DNA of 64,000 bases, taken from the NCBI GenBank assembly GCA_963702475.1, contig CAVPCT010000003.1:64001-128000 (forward strand). Reading direction: 5' to 3'. Made by a program: the position numbers and the translations under genes. Origin of the DNA: an uncultured Thermoleophilia bacterium (GTDB lineage: Bacteria; Actinomycetota; Thermoleophilia; UBA2241). Shown piece after piece: positions 36,726-46,555 of this stretch. The notes below the pieces were generated by a model. The model was given only the letters and a program-made list of their open reading frames with translations. It searched no databases and was not told the origin of the DNA. Position 1 is the first letter of the stretch. The number at the start of each line of letters is the position of its first letter.

Positions 36726-38234
36726 TCAGCGACGCCAGAACGCCGGCGTGAGCATCAGCATCAGCGTCACCAGCTCCAGCCGTCCGGCGAGCATATCGAA
36801 CATCAGCGTCAGCTTGGCGGCCGGCGCCATCCACAGGTAATTGTCCATGGGGCCGACATCCCCGAGGCCCGGCCCCACACCTCCCATGGCGGTGGCCGCC
36901 GCCGAGAGCGCCGTGGCGAAGTCCACCCCCGTGAGCGAGACGATGCTCACGGAGACCACGTAGACCGCCAGATACAAGCCCATGAAGGCCGATACCGAGC
37001 GCATCATCTCGTTGGTCACCACGCCGCCGTTGAGGCGCAGCTTGGTGACGCTGTACGGGTGCATGGTGCGGAAGAACTCGTGCGCGGCCTGCTTGCCGAA
37101 GAGCAGCACACGGATCACCTTCATGGCGCCGGCTGTCGATCCGGCGCAACCGCCCATGAACAGCAGCAGGAAGAGAATGAACTGCGCCGCCGGGAGCCAC
37201 TTCTCGTAGTCGGCCGTCACGAAGCCGGTCGTGGACGCCAGCGAGACGACCGTGAAGAAGGCGTCGCGGATCGCCTGGTTCGCCGAGACCGTGGAGGTGG
37301 CCCAGACGAGGGCGGCGATGAAGAAGCTCGAGCAGACGAGGACGGCGGTGTAGAAGCGCCATTCGGCGTCCCTGAAGAAGCGTCCAGGCTTGCCGGTGGC
37401 GAGGAACCAGTACAGGGAGAAGTTGGTCGAGGAGAGCCACAGGAACAGGACGATCACCCAGTCGATGTATGCGCTGTGCCACCAGCCGATGCTCGTGTTC
37501 CTGGTCGAGAAGCCGCCGGTGCCTATGGCCCCGAACATCTGGCACAGAGCGTCGTACCAGTCCATGCCGCCCAGGAGGAGCAGGATCGTGAGCGAGACCG
37601 ACAGGGTCAGGTAGATCGTCCAGAGGATCCGCGCCGTGCTGCTGATGCGCGGACGAAGGCGGTCCACCTCAAGGCCCGGCGCCTCGGCGCGATAGAGCTG
37701 CATGGCGCCGATGCCCAGCAACGGCAGCAGGGCGACGAACGAGACCAGGAAGCCCATGGCCCCCAGCCAGTGGGTGAAACAGCGCCAGAAGAGCAGCCCC
37801 CGGGGCATGGCCTCAACATCGGGGATCACGCTCGCCCCCGTACCCGTGAACCCGCTGGTCGTCTCGAACCAGGCGTTGAGCGGCCCGAGCTGTCCTTCGA
37901 GCACGAAAGGTATCGAGCCGATCACGCACACCATGAGCCAGCCCAGCGCCACGACGGCGATGCCGTCGTGGCGCGTGAGGCCCCGCAGGTCGGTGCGGAA
38001 GGCGACCAGGCCGATCGCTCCAAGGGCGCCCGCTGCGAACATGGTGGTGGCGAACGACTCGATGTCACGGCCGTCCCCGTAGAAGATGGCCACGGCCAGG
38101 GGCGCCGCCATGGCGGCCGTCTCGCCGAGCAGCAGGATGCTGAGCAGATAGGCGACGCGCCGCGCCCCGCCCACCGTGGCCGGGTGCAGGCCGGTCACGG
38201 TGGCGAGTACGGACGGCGCGGGCTGGGCAGCCAT
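36726..38234 (-). CDS. trkH: TrkH potassium uptake membrane protein
   Basis: FETTSGFTGTGAS, GTGGFS, STTGF, GGCAGSTAGAMK, GGVGPG, GRLE motifs; ATG at 38234. Confidence 0.95.
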   Translation of the reverse strand: MAAQPAPSVLATVTGLHPATVGGARRVAYLLSILLLGETAAMAAPLAVAIFYGDGRDIESFATTMFAAGALGAIGLVAFRTDLRGLTRHDGIAVVALGWLMVCVIGSIPFVLEGQLGPLNAWFETTSGFTGTGASVIPDVEAMPRGLLFWRCFTHWLGAMGFLVSFVALLPLLGIGAMQLYRAEAPGLEVDRLRPRISSTARILWTIYLTLSVSLTILLLLGGMDWYDALCQMFGAIGTGGFSTRNTSIGWWHSAYIDWVIVLFLWLSSTNFSLYWFLATGKPGRFFRDAEWRFYTAVLVCSSFFIAALVWATSTVSANQAIRDAFFTVVSLASTTGFVTADYEKWLPAAQFILFLLLFMGGCAGSTAGAMKVIRVLLFGKQAAHEFFRTMHPYSVTKLRLNGGVVTNEMMRSVSAFMGLYLAVYVVSVSIVSLTGVDFATALSAAATAMGGVGPGLGDVGPMDNYLWMAPAAKLTLMFDMLAGRLELVTLMLMLTPAFWRR

Positions 38235-38245
38235 GCCGGGGCGGC

Positions 38246-39592
38246 TCAGGCGGGGGCCAGCAGGCGCTGCAGGCGCGGGATCAGGGCGGGACGCGTGAAC
38301 AGGATGACCTGGTCGCCTGCCTCGATCACCGTCGAGCCACGCGGCATGATCACCTCGCGCCCGCGGACCACCGCGCCGACCAGCGACCCGTGCGGCAGGT
38401 GCAGGAGCGCCAGGGGCAGGCCGACGATGCCCGACCCCTCCGCGGCCACGAACTCGATGCCCTCCACGAGATTCTCGCGGAGGGTGCGGATGGTCAGCAC
38501 CTGCCCTTGCCGGGCCAGCTGGATGATGGGGCTGAGCGCTGCGAGGAGGGGGCTGAGCACCACGTCCACGCCGATGCTCGAGGCGAACGGCATGTACTCG
38601 GGCGTGTCCACGAGGGCGGCGGCGCGGCGCACGCCCAGCCGTTTGGCGAGGAGCGCCGCGAACACGTTGGCCGTCTCGTCGCCGAGCGCGGCGATCGACA
38701 GATCGGCGCGCTGCACGCCCTCGTCGACCAGCAGCCGCTCGTCCATGCCGTGACCCTGCAGCACGAGCGTGCTGTCGAGCGCGCTGGAGATCCGCTCGCA
38801 CACGGCAGGATCGCGCTCGATGATCTTGGTGTGGATGCCCTCGGCGGCCAGGCGGCGGGCGATGGACACGCCTTCCCACCCGCCGCCGGTGATGATGACG
38901 TTGCGCGTGCGCACCCAACGCTTGCCCAGACGCGTGAGGGCCGGTCGCACCGAGTCGCGGTCGGCGACGAGGAACAGGGTGTCGCCGGCCATCAGGCGGA
39001 TGTCGTCCGACGGCGCGCTGACCATCTCCCTGCGATAGATGCCGGCCACGAGCAGCTTCTCGCCGTCGCGGGACAACGCTTTGATGGGTTTGCCGATCAG
39101 CGGCGAGTCGTCGTCCAGCTCGACGCCGACCGCCTGGACCCGGCCGCCGGCGAAGTCGAGCACGTCGGTGGCGCCGGGTACCCGCGCCAGGGCGACGGCG
39201 GCGCGTGCCACCTCCTCCTCCGGACTGATCACCAGGTCCACACTCAGCGAGCTCTGGTCGATGATGCCGCTGGCGCCGAGGTAGGCGGGATCGTGGATGC
39301 GGGCCACGCGGACGATCCGCCCGGACACGGTCTCGGCGATCAGGCAGGCCACGATGTTGGTCTCGTCGCTGCCGGTCACGGCCACCAGGACATCGGCCGC
39401 GCGCAGCCCGGCGTCGAGCAGCACCGACGGCGTGCTGCCTTTGCCGACCACCGCGCCCACGTCCATCGCGTCCTGGGCGCGGCGCAGGGCGTCCTCGTCC
39501 TCGCCGACCAGGACGACGTCGTGCCGCTCCTCGGAGAGCCTCTGGGCGACGGAGATGCCCAGCGTGCCCGTGCCGACGACCAGGATCCTCAC
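38246..39592 (-). CDS. trkA: Trk system potassium uptake protein TrkA (two RCK units)
   Basis: MRILVVGTGTLG, AVTGSDETNIVAC, second ITGGG unit; adjacent to trkH. Confidence 0.93.
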   Translation of the reverse strand: MRILVVGTGTLGISVAQRLSEERHDVVLVGEDEDALRRAQDAMDVGAVVGKGSTPSVLLDAGLRAADVLVAVTGSDETNIVACLIAETVSGRIVRVARIHDPAYLGASGIIDQSSLSVDLVISPEEEVARAAVALARVPGATDVLDFAGGRVQAVGVELDDDSPLIGKPIKALSRDGEKLLVAGIYRREMVSAPSDDIRLMAGDTLFLVADRDSVRPALTRLGKRWVRTRNVIITGGGWEGVSIARRLAAEGIHTKIIERDPAVCERISSALDSTLVLQGHGMDERLLVDEGVQRADLSIAALGDETANVFAALLAKRLGVRRAAALVDTPEYMPFASSIGVDVVLSPLLAALSPIIQLARQGQVLTIRTLRENLVEGIEFVAAEGSGIVGLPLALLHLPHGSLVGAVVRGREVIMPRGSTVIEAGDQVILFTRPALIPRLQRLLAPA

Positions 39593-39602
39593 GGCGCTCG
39601 CC

Positions 39603-40334
39603 TCAGTCCTCGCGCCGCGGCGCGCGCTCGCCGGTCACGTCGATGGTGGCCTGCGCCTGTACCTCTTCGGGCCGGCGGCTCGGCAGGAAGATGCGGATGA
39701 GGTCCCGCTCGCGGCCCGGCGGGGTGAGGCAGAGCACCTGGTCGCCGGGCAGCAGCTCCTCGTCGCCGCGAGGGAGCAGGGCGCCGCCCTCGCGGAGCAG
39801 TGCGGCCAGCAGCACGCCGGACGGCAGACGCAGCTCGCCGACGCTCAGGTGAGCGGCGGGGGAGTCGTCGCTCACCTCGATCTCGACCAGCTCGAGCCCC
39901 TCGTGCTTCAACGACAGCAACGGGACGAACTGGTGCGCCGGGAGGGCGTGCTGGATCATCGAGACCGTCATCGTCGTCGCGCACAGCGTCGACTGGACTC
40001 CGAACAGGTCGAAGGTGCGCTGGTTGCGCGGGTTGTTGACACGGGCCACCACCTTGGGCACGTGGTACTCGTGTCTGGCCAGCTCGGCGATGACAAGATT
40101 GTCCTCGTCGTCACCGGTCACCGCGACCACGAGGTCGGCGCGGGCGATGCCGGCCTTCTCGAGCACCCACATCTCGGTGCCGTCCCCGAACAGCAGCCGT
40201 TCCTCGAGCTCGGGCCGCAGCAGGTCGTACCGGGAGCGGCGCTGCTCCACGATGAGGTACTCGTGCCCGAGCTTGCCGAGGCTGATCCCGACATTGGACC
40301 CGACCTTGCCGCCGCCGATGATGAGCACGAACAC
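39603..40334 (-). CDS. TrkA family (single RCK-N + RCK-C) protein
   Basis: VFVLIIGGGKVG, GDGTE..LEKAGI, VTGDDEDNL, VVARVNNPRN, TrkA-C domain. Confidence 0.9.
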   Translation of the reverse strand: MFVLIIGGGKVGSNVGISLGKLGHEYLIVEQRRSRYDLLRPELEERLLFGDGTEMWVLEKAGIARADLVVAVTGDDEDNLVIAELARHEYHVPKVVARVNNPRNQRTFDLFGVQSTLCATTMTVSMIQHALPAHQFVPLLSLKHEGLELVEIEVSDDSPAAHLSVGELRLPSGVLLAALLREGGALLPRGDEELLPGDQVLCLTPPGRERDLIRIFLPSRRPEEVQAQATIDVTGERAPRRED

Positions 40335-40336
40335 GG

Positions 40337-40759
40337 TCAGTCCTCGGTCTCGGGCTGGGGGCAGGCATGAATGGCGTCTACCAGACTCATCTCTGCGTCC
40401 TGGGTGGGGCACACCGTGCGCAGACCCATGCGCGCGAACGCCTTGGCGCGGCGCGGGTCGTACACGCGGGCCACGGCGCACGGTACCTCGAACGCGCGCT
40501 GGGCGATGAGCCCGCAGACGATGTTGGTGTTGTCGCCGTCGGTCACCGCCGCGAACGCGTCGGCGCCCTCGATGCCGGCCTTGCGCAGCACGTCCCAGTC
40601 GATGGCGGCTCCCACCACGCGGTGGCCGGGGAAGTCGTCGCCGAGCAGTGCGAACGAGCGGCGGTCGTCGTCGATCACCACAACGTCGTGGCCTTCACCC
40701 GCAAGGCGTCTCGCCACAGTTGAGCCGACCCGCCCGCATCCCGCGATGATCACGTACAT
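40337..40759 (-). CDS. TrkA-N (RCK-N only) protein
   Basis: MYVIIAGCGRVG, AGIEGADAFAAVTDGDNTN, ARVYDPRRA. Confidence 0.9.
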   Translation of the reverse strand: MYVIIAGCGRVGSTVARRLAGEGHDVVVIDDDRRSFALLGDDFPGHRVVGAAIDWDVLRKAGIEGADAFAAVTDGDNTNIVCGLIAQRAFEVPCAVARVYDPRRAKAFARMGLRTVCPTQDAEMSLVDAIHACPQPETED

Positions 40760-42953
40760 GCTCGCCCTCACATCCCTTCCGGCGGAGCTGGCGGCGTCCG
40801 GGCCGCTGACGCGCCGTCGCGCTCTCGCCGGCCGCCGGCGCGCCGCCGGCCTCTTCCTCATCCCACTCGCCGGCCGAGCCGCGCATGGGGTAGTCCGACG
40901 GGACGTAGTTGAGCAGGACCTCGCCGGGCGCGTGCCGCAGCACGAACGTGACGGAGCGCCCCAGCACGTCGTCCTCGGTGTAAAGCCTGCGCAGCGCGCC
41001 CATGATGATCACGTCGCAGCTCCACTCCCGGGCGGTGTCGACGATGGCGCGCCCGGGGTTCCGCGACAGCACGAGGTGCGGCCACGCTTCCACGCCGAAC
41101 TCCTGCGCCACGGCGAGGGCGGCGTCGAGCACGTGCCCCCCTCGCCGCCTCTCCCGTGGCATGGGCGCGTCGAGCGGCAGGTTCATCGGCACCTCGACGG
41201 CGTACACGATGTCGATGATGGCGCCTTTGTCCGCCGCCAGCTGGCAGCCGAGCACCATCATCTCGTCGCTGAGGCGGGTGCCGTCCACCGGCACCAGGAT
41301 GCGCTCGTAGTCGACGTCCGACTGTGCCGCTGCGGGCAGGCGCCGCTCGACCGGTTGGCGCAGCAGCTCCTGACCGGTCGCCCGCCGGTACACGACGTAC
41401 ACGAGCAGGCCACCCGCCATCCAGGCGAAGCCGAGCAGGCGGCCCTCCGGGTGTGTGGCGACCATGAGTGCCCAGATCGCGACGCAGGCGGCGGCGCCGA
41501 CGACGGCCGGCACAGGCACGGAGGCGCCGCCCAGGCGCACGTTGAACGGCACCACGTACGGCCGCGGCAGCGCCGGTTCACGGTAGCGCAGGCGGATGAC
41601 GGAGAGGTGGGTGGCTGCGAAGGCCAGTGCGGCGCCGAAGCCGAACAGCCCGAGGAGCAGCAGGGTGTCCTCGGGCACGAGCAGCACGCCGGCGAGGCAG
41701 CCGAACAGCACGATGCCGACGTAGGGCGCCATGCGGGCCGCGTACACGCGGCCGAGGAACGACGGCGCCTGGCGGTGCCGGGCGAGCGAGTAGAGCACAC
41801 GCGCCGACCCCCCGATCACCGCATTAGCGGCCAGGAGCAGGGCGATCGCCACGATGATGGCCAGCCACGGCCGCAGTAGCCGCTCGAGCCACCGCAGGTC
41901 GTCCGGCAGAGCCGCGATGATGCCCATGAGCGGGTCCTCGAGGTACGCGCTTCCGAGGAGGGTCCCGTGGAGCTCCGCGGCCGGGCCCTGCGGCGTATCT
42001 ACCACGGCGCCCTGCGGCTCCTGTGCCGGGATCACATGGCCGGAGCCCGCGGCGACCACCGGCACGACCACCGTGATGGACGGGTCGGCCTCGTAGACGA
42101 ACACCCCCTCCTCGTCGCCGGGGACGACCGCGACCGGTGCGGTGAGCCCGGTGGACCGGTCGAACGGTACCTGGTTGGAGGTCACCGGCTGGGCGGAGAG
42201 GCCGACCGTCGCGATAGCGACGCTGAGGACCACGATGAGGGGCAGTGCGAGGTTGATGGTGAGCGGCACGTCGCGCGCGGGGCGCAGGGCGCTCTCGGCA
42301 CGGCTCGAGACGGCGTCGAGGCCGGTGAACGCGGCCGCGGCGAGTGGCAGGGCGAAGAGGAGTCGTTCCCAGGTGGGGGCCGTTCCCAGGTCGATCTGGT
42401 CCCAGGCCATGCCCGGGCGGAACAGCGCGAAGAACCCCACAAGGATGACGACGACGAGGGTCGCGAGGCCGAGCACGGCCATGATCGTGTTGAGCCGGGC
42501 GGACTCGTGCAGGCCCAGGAGGTTCAGGGCCACCAGGAGCGCGAGGACGGCGCCGCTGACGAGCAGGTCGTAGGGCCGTTCCTGGAGCTGCGGCCACACC
42601 GAGCCCAGATAGTACGGCACGAACCTGCAGGCGATGGCCACCAGGATCACGGAATCGAGCAGGATGGCCCACGCCGCGCCGAACCCGACGAGCGGGTCGA
42701 AGGCGCGGCGCGTGAAGCTCGCCACGCCGCTGGCCTCGGGCATGGCGGCGGAGGCCTCGGCGTAGGACCAGGCCGTGATCACGAACACCAGGCCCACGGC
42801 GAGGATGAGGAGCGGAGTGACGCCCAGGGCGTACAGGGCGATGCCGCCGAGCACGAAGTAGATCGAGGTGCCGAGGTAGCCGTAGGCGCTGCCGAGCAGG
42901 CCGCCGATCCCGACCAGCCCCCCGAACGTCACCTGCTGTCGCCTTCGCGCCAC
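40695..42953 (-). CDS. APC family permease fused to a C-terminal universal stress protein domain
   Basis: AYG..GTSIYF..G TM1 motif, SYAE, about 12 TMs; ILVPVDG...IVDTA.....DVIIMG...LGRSVTFVLRHAP (USP). 3' end uncertain (65-nt overlap with the next gene). Confidence 0.9.
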   Translation of the reverse strand: MARRRQQVTFGGLVGIGGLLGSAYGYLGTSIYFVLGGIALYALGVTPLLILAVGLVFVITAWSYAEASAAMPEASGVASFTRRAFDPLVGFGAAWAILLDSVILVAIACRFVPYYLGSVWPQLQERPYDLLVSGAVLALLVALNLLGLHESARLNTIMAVLGLATLVVVILVGFFALFRPGMAWDQIDLGTAPTWERLLFALPLAAAAFTGLDAVSSRAESALRPARDVPLTINLALPLIVVLSVAIATVGLSAQPVTSNQVPFDRSTGLTAPVAVVPGDEEGVFVYEADPSITVVVPVVAAGSGHVIPAQEPQGAVVDTPQGPAAELHGTLLGSAYLEDPLMGIIAALPDDLRWLERLLRPWLAIIVAIALLLAANAVIGGSARVLYSLARHRQAPSFLGRVYAARMAPYVGIVLFGCLAGVLLVPEDTLLLLGLFGFGAALAFAATHLSVIRLRYREPALPRPYVVPFNVRLGGASVPVPAVVGAAACVAIWALMVATHPEGRLLGFAWMAGGLLVYVVYRRATGQELLRQPVERRLPAAAQSDVDYERILVPVDGTRLSDEMMVLGCQLAADKGAIIDIVYAVEVPMNLPLDAPMPRERRRGGHVLDAALAVAQEFGVEAWPHLVLSRNPGRAIVDTAREWSCDVIIMGALRRLYTEDDVLGRSVTFVLRHAPGEVLLNYVPSDYPMRGSAGEWDEEEAGGAPAAGESATARQRPGRRQLRRKGCEGEHVRDHRGMRAGRLNCGETPCG

Positions 42954-43152
42954 TCGCGGGCCTCCCCAGTCCGCACCACGCCCGCCGCCGTCCGGGGCGC
43001 CGCATCGCCGGTGTCGGGTACCGCCGCGGGCTCCCGTGGCTCACGCACGAGCGGCTACGCGTGTGCCGGCACCCTCACTCTAACCGACGGAAGTCCAGTC
43101 GTTCCTCCTTCTTGAGACGGACCCTATCTGATACTTACGGTTGAGACCTCCT

Positions 43153-43911
43153 TCACTGCGCGGTCATGGCCCCGTCGGCGACCAGGACGGTCCCGGTGAC
43201 GAACGACGATTCGTCCGAAGCCAGGAAGAGGGCGCAGTTGGCGATCTCGACCGGCTCGCCGGGGCGCCCGATGGGCTGGAACGAGTCGATCGTCGCGTAC
43301 ACGTGCTCGAGCCCGCCAAGCATCTCCGCGTGTGCGTAGTTCACCGGCGTGTCCACCCAGCCGGGGGCGATCGCGTTGCAGCGGATGCCCTTCTTCACGT
43401 AGTCCAGGGCGATGCCCTTGCTGAGCATGACGATCGCGCCCTTGGAGGCGGCGTACACGGTGAGGTACGGCTCCGCGACGATGCCGTTGACGGAGGTCGT
43501 GTTGATGACGGAGCCTCCGCCCTGCTCGAGCATGTACGGGATGGCGTAGCGGCACCCGTACATGGTGCCCTTGACGTTCACGTCCAGCGTGCGGTCGATC
43601 ACATCGTCCGGTGCCTCGTGGAACACCCCGGGCAGGTTCACGCCGGCGTTCTGGAAGGCCACGTCCAGGCGGCCCCAGCGGCGCACGGTGCCGTCCGTGT
43701 ACTTCTGCACCTCGCCGGGGTCCGAGATGTCGGCGGTCACGGGGAACGCCGCGTCGCCGATCATGGCCGCGGTCTCCTCCACGGTCGCCGCGTCGATGTC
43801 CACGCAGGTGACGAGGGCGCCCTCTTCGGCGAAGCGGATGGCCGACGCGCGTCCGATGCCCGACCCAGCGCCGGTGACGATGGTGACCTTGCCCTCAAGG
43901 CGTCCGCTCAT
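43153..43911 (-). CDS. SDR family oxidoreductase
   Basis: TGAGSGIG, NAG, YAASK, IRCNAIAPG; RBS GGAGGAG. Confidence 0.93.
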   Translation of the reverse strand: MSGRLEGKVTIVTGAGSGIGRASAIRFAEEGALVTCVDIDAATVEETAAMIGDAAFPVTADISDPGEVQKYTDGTVRRWGRLDVAFQNAGVNLPGVFHEAPDDVIDRTLDVNVKGTMYGCRYAIPYMLEQGGGSVINTTSVNGIVAEPYLTVYAASKGAIVMLSKGIALDYVKKGIRCNAIAPGWVDTPVNYAHAEMLGGLEHVYATIDSFQPIGRPGEPVEIANCALFLASDESSFVTGTVLVADGAMTAQ

Positions 43912-44005
43912 GGTCTCCTCCGATCGGAGTTCAAGCCGGGTCCGGCCCGGCGGCTCGATGCTGTGCGTGGGAGTGAATCTCACCGCCGGGCCTGCGACAA
44001 TCCTC

Positions 44006-44033
44006 ACGACGACGCCTGCGACGGCGTCGTCGT
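44006..44033. promoter_or_regulatory. 11-bp inverted repeat in the divergent SDR/decarboxylase promoter region
   Basis: ACGACGACGCC-tgcgac-GGCGTCGTCGT just downstream of a TGcGACAAT extended -10-like element; operator or 5'UTR hairpin. Confidence 0.35.
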
Positions 44034-44060
44034 AAGTGCTCCCGGAGGAGGTGGACGGTG

Positions 44061-45815
44061 ATGCGGACGTGGACGGTAGCTGCCTATCTTGCTCGGCGGC
44101 TGGAGCAGGCCGGTGCCGGCCACGTGTTCGGGGTGCCGGGGGACTTCTGCCTGCCCCTGTACGACGCGATCGCCTCCTCCGGTCTCGAGACCGTCGTCAC
44201 CTGTAACGAGCTGAACGCGGGGTACGCAGCCGACGGCTATGCGCGCCTCAACGGCATCGGGGCTCTCGCCGTCACGTGGAACGTGGGCGGCTTCAGCGCC
44301 CTGAACGCGGTGGCCGGCGCGAGCGCCGAGCGCGTGCCGGTGATCGCGGTGTGCGGGGCGCCGCCGCGCGCGAAGCGCCCCGGCGGCGTCCTGCACCACA
44401 CGGTCGGGGGCGGCCGGGACGCCCAGTACAGGGCCTACGCCGGCGTCGTGGCCAACGCGGTGCGGCTGGACGACCCCGTCGCCGCACCGGCCCTCATCGA
44501 CAGCGCCCTCGCCCGGTGCGTCGCGGGGCGGTGGCCGGCGTTCATCGAGCTGCCTGTGGACGTGTCGCGCGCGCCGTGCCCGGCGCCGGGGCCGTTCGTC
44601 ACGCCGCGGGCGTCCGGCAGCGACCCCGCGGCGCTCGACGAGGCCGTCGCCCGCGTCCTGGCGCTGGTCGCCACGGCCGGCGAGGCCGGCGTCACCGTGC
44701 TCGCCGGCATCGAGATCGCGCGCTTCGGGCTGGCGGACGACGTGCTCGCCCTCATCGACCTGCTCGGCGCCCGCTTCGTGACGACCGTCCACGCCAAGGC
44801 AGTGCTGCCCGAGAGCCACCCCGGCTTCGCCGGCGTGTTCATCGGCGAGCTGGGCGAGGCGGCGCCGCGGCGCGCCGTGGAGGAGGCCGGCGTGGCCCTC
44901 GCCCTCGGCAGCCTGCTGACCGACCTGGACCTGGGCCTCGACACGGCGCGCATCGACCCCCGCCGTCTCGTGGCGGCGGCGGGCGACCGGGTGCGCGTGG
45001 GGCGGCGCCTGTACCGTGGCGTGACGCTCGCGGATCTGGTGGAGCGGCTGCGCGTCGCGGCTCCGGCCGGACGGCGCGCCACGCGAGCCGGCAGGGAGAG
45101 TCCGTCGCCCGTCGCGCCCCCTCGGCCGGGGGCTCCACTGACGGCGCGCCGCTTCTACGACCTGGCGCGACGTGCGGTGGGCCCGGCCTCCGTCGTGCTC
45201 GCGGACGTGGGCGACGCGATGCTCAGTGTGGCCGGCATGCCCGTGCCGGACGGCGCGACGGTGCTGTGCCAGGCGTTCTACGCCTCAGTGGGCTGGTCGC
45301 TGCCCGCCGCGGTCGGCGCCGCCTTCGCCGATCCGGCGCGCCGGCCGCTCGCGTTCGTGGGGGACGGCGCCTGCCAGATGACGGGGCAGGAGCTCTCCAC
45401 CCTCGTCCGTCACGGGCTCGGGGCGGCGGTGTTCGTCGTGGACAACGGCGGCTTTCTCATGGAGCGCAGCCTGCACGAGGGACCGTTCAACGACCTCAAC
45501 CCGTGGCGCTATGCGCAGCTCTCCGGGGTGTACGGCGGCCCGCCGGGCCTGCTGGTGACGACGGAAGGGGAGCTGGAGGCCGCTCTCGCGCACGTGCAGG
45601 CGCACCCCCGCGAGCTCACGCTCGTGCAGGTGCGGCTCGATCCCCTGGACGCCTCAGACACCCTGCGACGCTTCGGGGACGTCGTCAGGACGGGGCGCAC
45701 GGCGAAGGCAGGCGGGGGGAGCACCGACGGCTGCCGGGGCGGCGTCGGCAAGGGCGGCGACTCCGCGGGGTCCGGCGGCATGTCGCCGGCGGACGGAAGC
45801 GAGGCGGGCTCGTGA
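44061..45815 (+). CDS. TPP-dependent alpha-keto acid decarboxylase (pyruvate/indolepyruvate decarboxylase family)
   Basis: VFGVPGDF, NELNAGYAADGYAR, LHHT, GDGACQMTGQE...DNGG. Confidence 0.92.
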   Translation: MRTWTVAAYLARRLEQAGAGHVFGVPGDFCLPLYDAIASSGLETVVTCNELNAGYAADGYARLNGIGALAVTWNVGGFSALNAVAGASAERVPVIAVCGAPPRAKRPGGVLHHTVGGGRDAQYRAYAGVVANAVRLDDPVAAPALIDSALARCVAGRWPAFIELPVDVSRAPCPAPGPFVTPRASGSDPAALDEAVARVLALVATAGEAGVTVLAGIEIARFGLADDVLALIDLLGARFVTTVHAKAVLPESHPGFAGVFIGELGEAAPRRAVEEAGVALALGSLLTDLDLGLDTARIDPRRLVAAAGDRVRVGRRLYRGVTLADLVERLRVAAPAGRRATRAGRESPSPVAPPRPGAPLTARRFYDLARRAVGPASVVLADVGDAMLSVAGMPVPDGATVLCQAFYASVGWSLPAAVGAAFADPARRPLAFVGDGACQMTGQELSTLVRHGLGAAVFVVDNGGFLMERSLHEGPFNDLNPWRYAQLSGVYGGPPGLLVTTEGELEAALAHVQAHPRELTLVQVRLDPLDASDTLRRFGDVVRTGRTAKAGGGSTDGCRGGVGKGGDSAGSGGMSPADGSEAGS

Positions 45816-46465
45816 GGTTCGACGCTGTCATCTTCGATCTGGACGGCACCCTCGTCGACACCCTGGAGGACATCGGCGACGCCATGAACCGCGTGCTCGC
45901 CGCCGAGGGCGCACCGCGGCACACCTACGAGGAGTACCGGTACCTCGTCGGCCGTGGGCTGTGGAACCTGGCCGAGCAGGCGCTGCCGGCCGAGCGGCGC
46001 GACGAGGCCATGGTCGCGCAGTGCTTCGCGGCAATGATCGCCGACTACAGCGCCCACAGCCTCATCAGGACGCGGCCCTACGAGGGCGTCCCGGAGCTGC
46101 TGCGGGCGCTCAGAGAGGTCGGCCTGCCGCTGGCGGTGTTCTCCAACAAGTCGCACGACCTGACGCTGCGGATCGTCGAAGCGCTGCTGGACCCGGCGCA
46201 CTTCGTGGAGGTGCGCGGAGCCGTGCCCGGCGTGCCGCTCAAGCCTGATCCGGCGGTGGCTCTCGAGATCGCGGCCGATCTGGGGGTCGCGCCCGCCCTC
46301 GTGGCCTACGTGGGCGACTCCAACGTGGACATGCAGACGGCCGTCGCCGCAGGTATGCCGGCCGTGGGCGTCTCCTGGGGCTTCCGTCCGGCTGAGGAGC
46401 TGCGCGGGCACGGAGCCACCGTGATCATCGACCGGCCCCGTGACTTGCTCGCCCTGCGGACCTGA
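45812..46465 (+). CDS. HAD family phosphatase (phosphoglycolate phosphatase-like)
   Basis: FDLDGTLVDT, SNK, KPDP, YVGDS.VD; GTGA overlap with the decarboxylase. Confidence 0.92.
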   Translation: MRFDAVIFDLDGTLVDTLEDIGDAMNRVLAAEGAPRHTYEEYRYLVGRGLWNLAEQALPAERRDEAMVAQCFAAMIADYSAHSLIRTRPYEGVPELLRALREVGLPLAVFSNKSHDLTLRIVEALLDPAHFVEVRGAVPGVPLKPDPAVALEIAADLGVAPALVAYVGDSNVDMQTAVAAGMPAVGVSWGFRPAEELRGHGATVIIDRPRDLLALRT

Positions 46466-46555
46466 GCCGGCCGACCACCCTGCGGCGCGCGGCACGCCGT
46501 CTGACCCGGGCCGGGCCGGCGACCGCCGGCGCGGCGGCATCTGCGCCGCCCTGCC

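Noticed and set aside
36726-38918. N-terminal extensions in the ORF track (730-aa TrkH, 729-aa HAD, 712-aa RibD, 711-aa hypothetical)
   Set aside because: The extensions overlap neighbouring real genes in other frames; downstream starts with an RBS or coupled overlap give normal family lengths.
42954-43152. c-di-AMP (ydaO) riboswitch upstream of the K+ operon
   Set aside because: The context is suggestive, but I could not find the conserved motifs by eye; an Infernal search would settle it.
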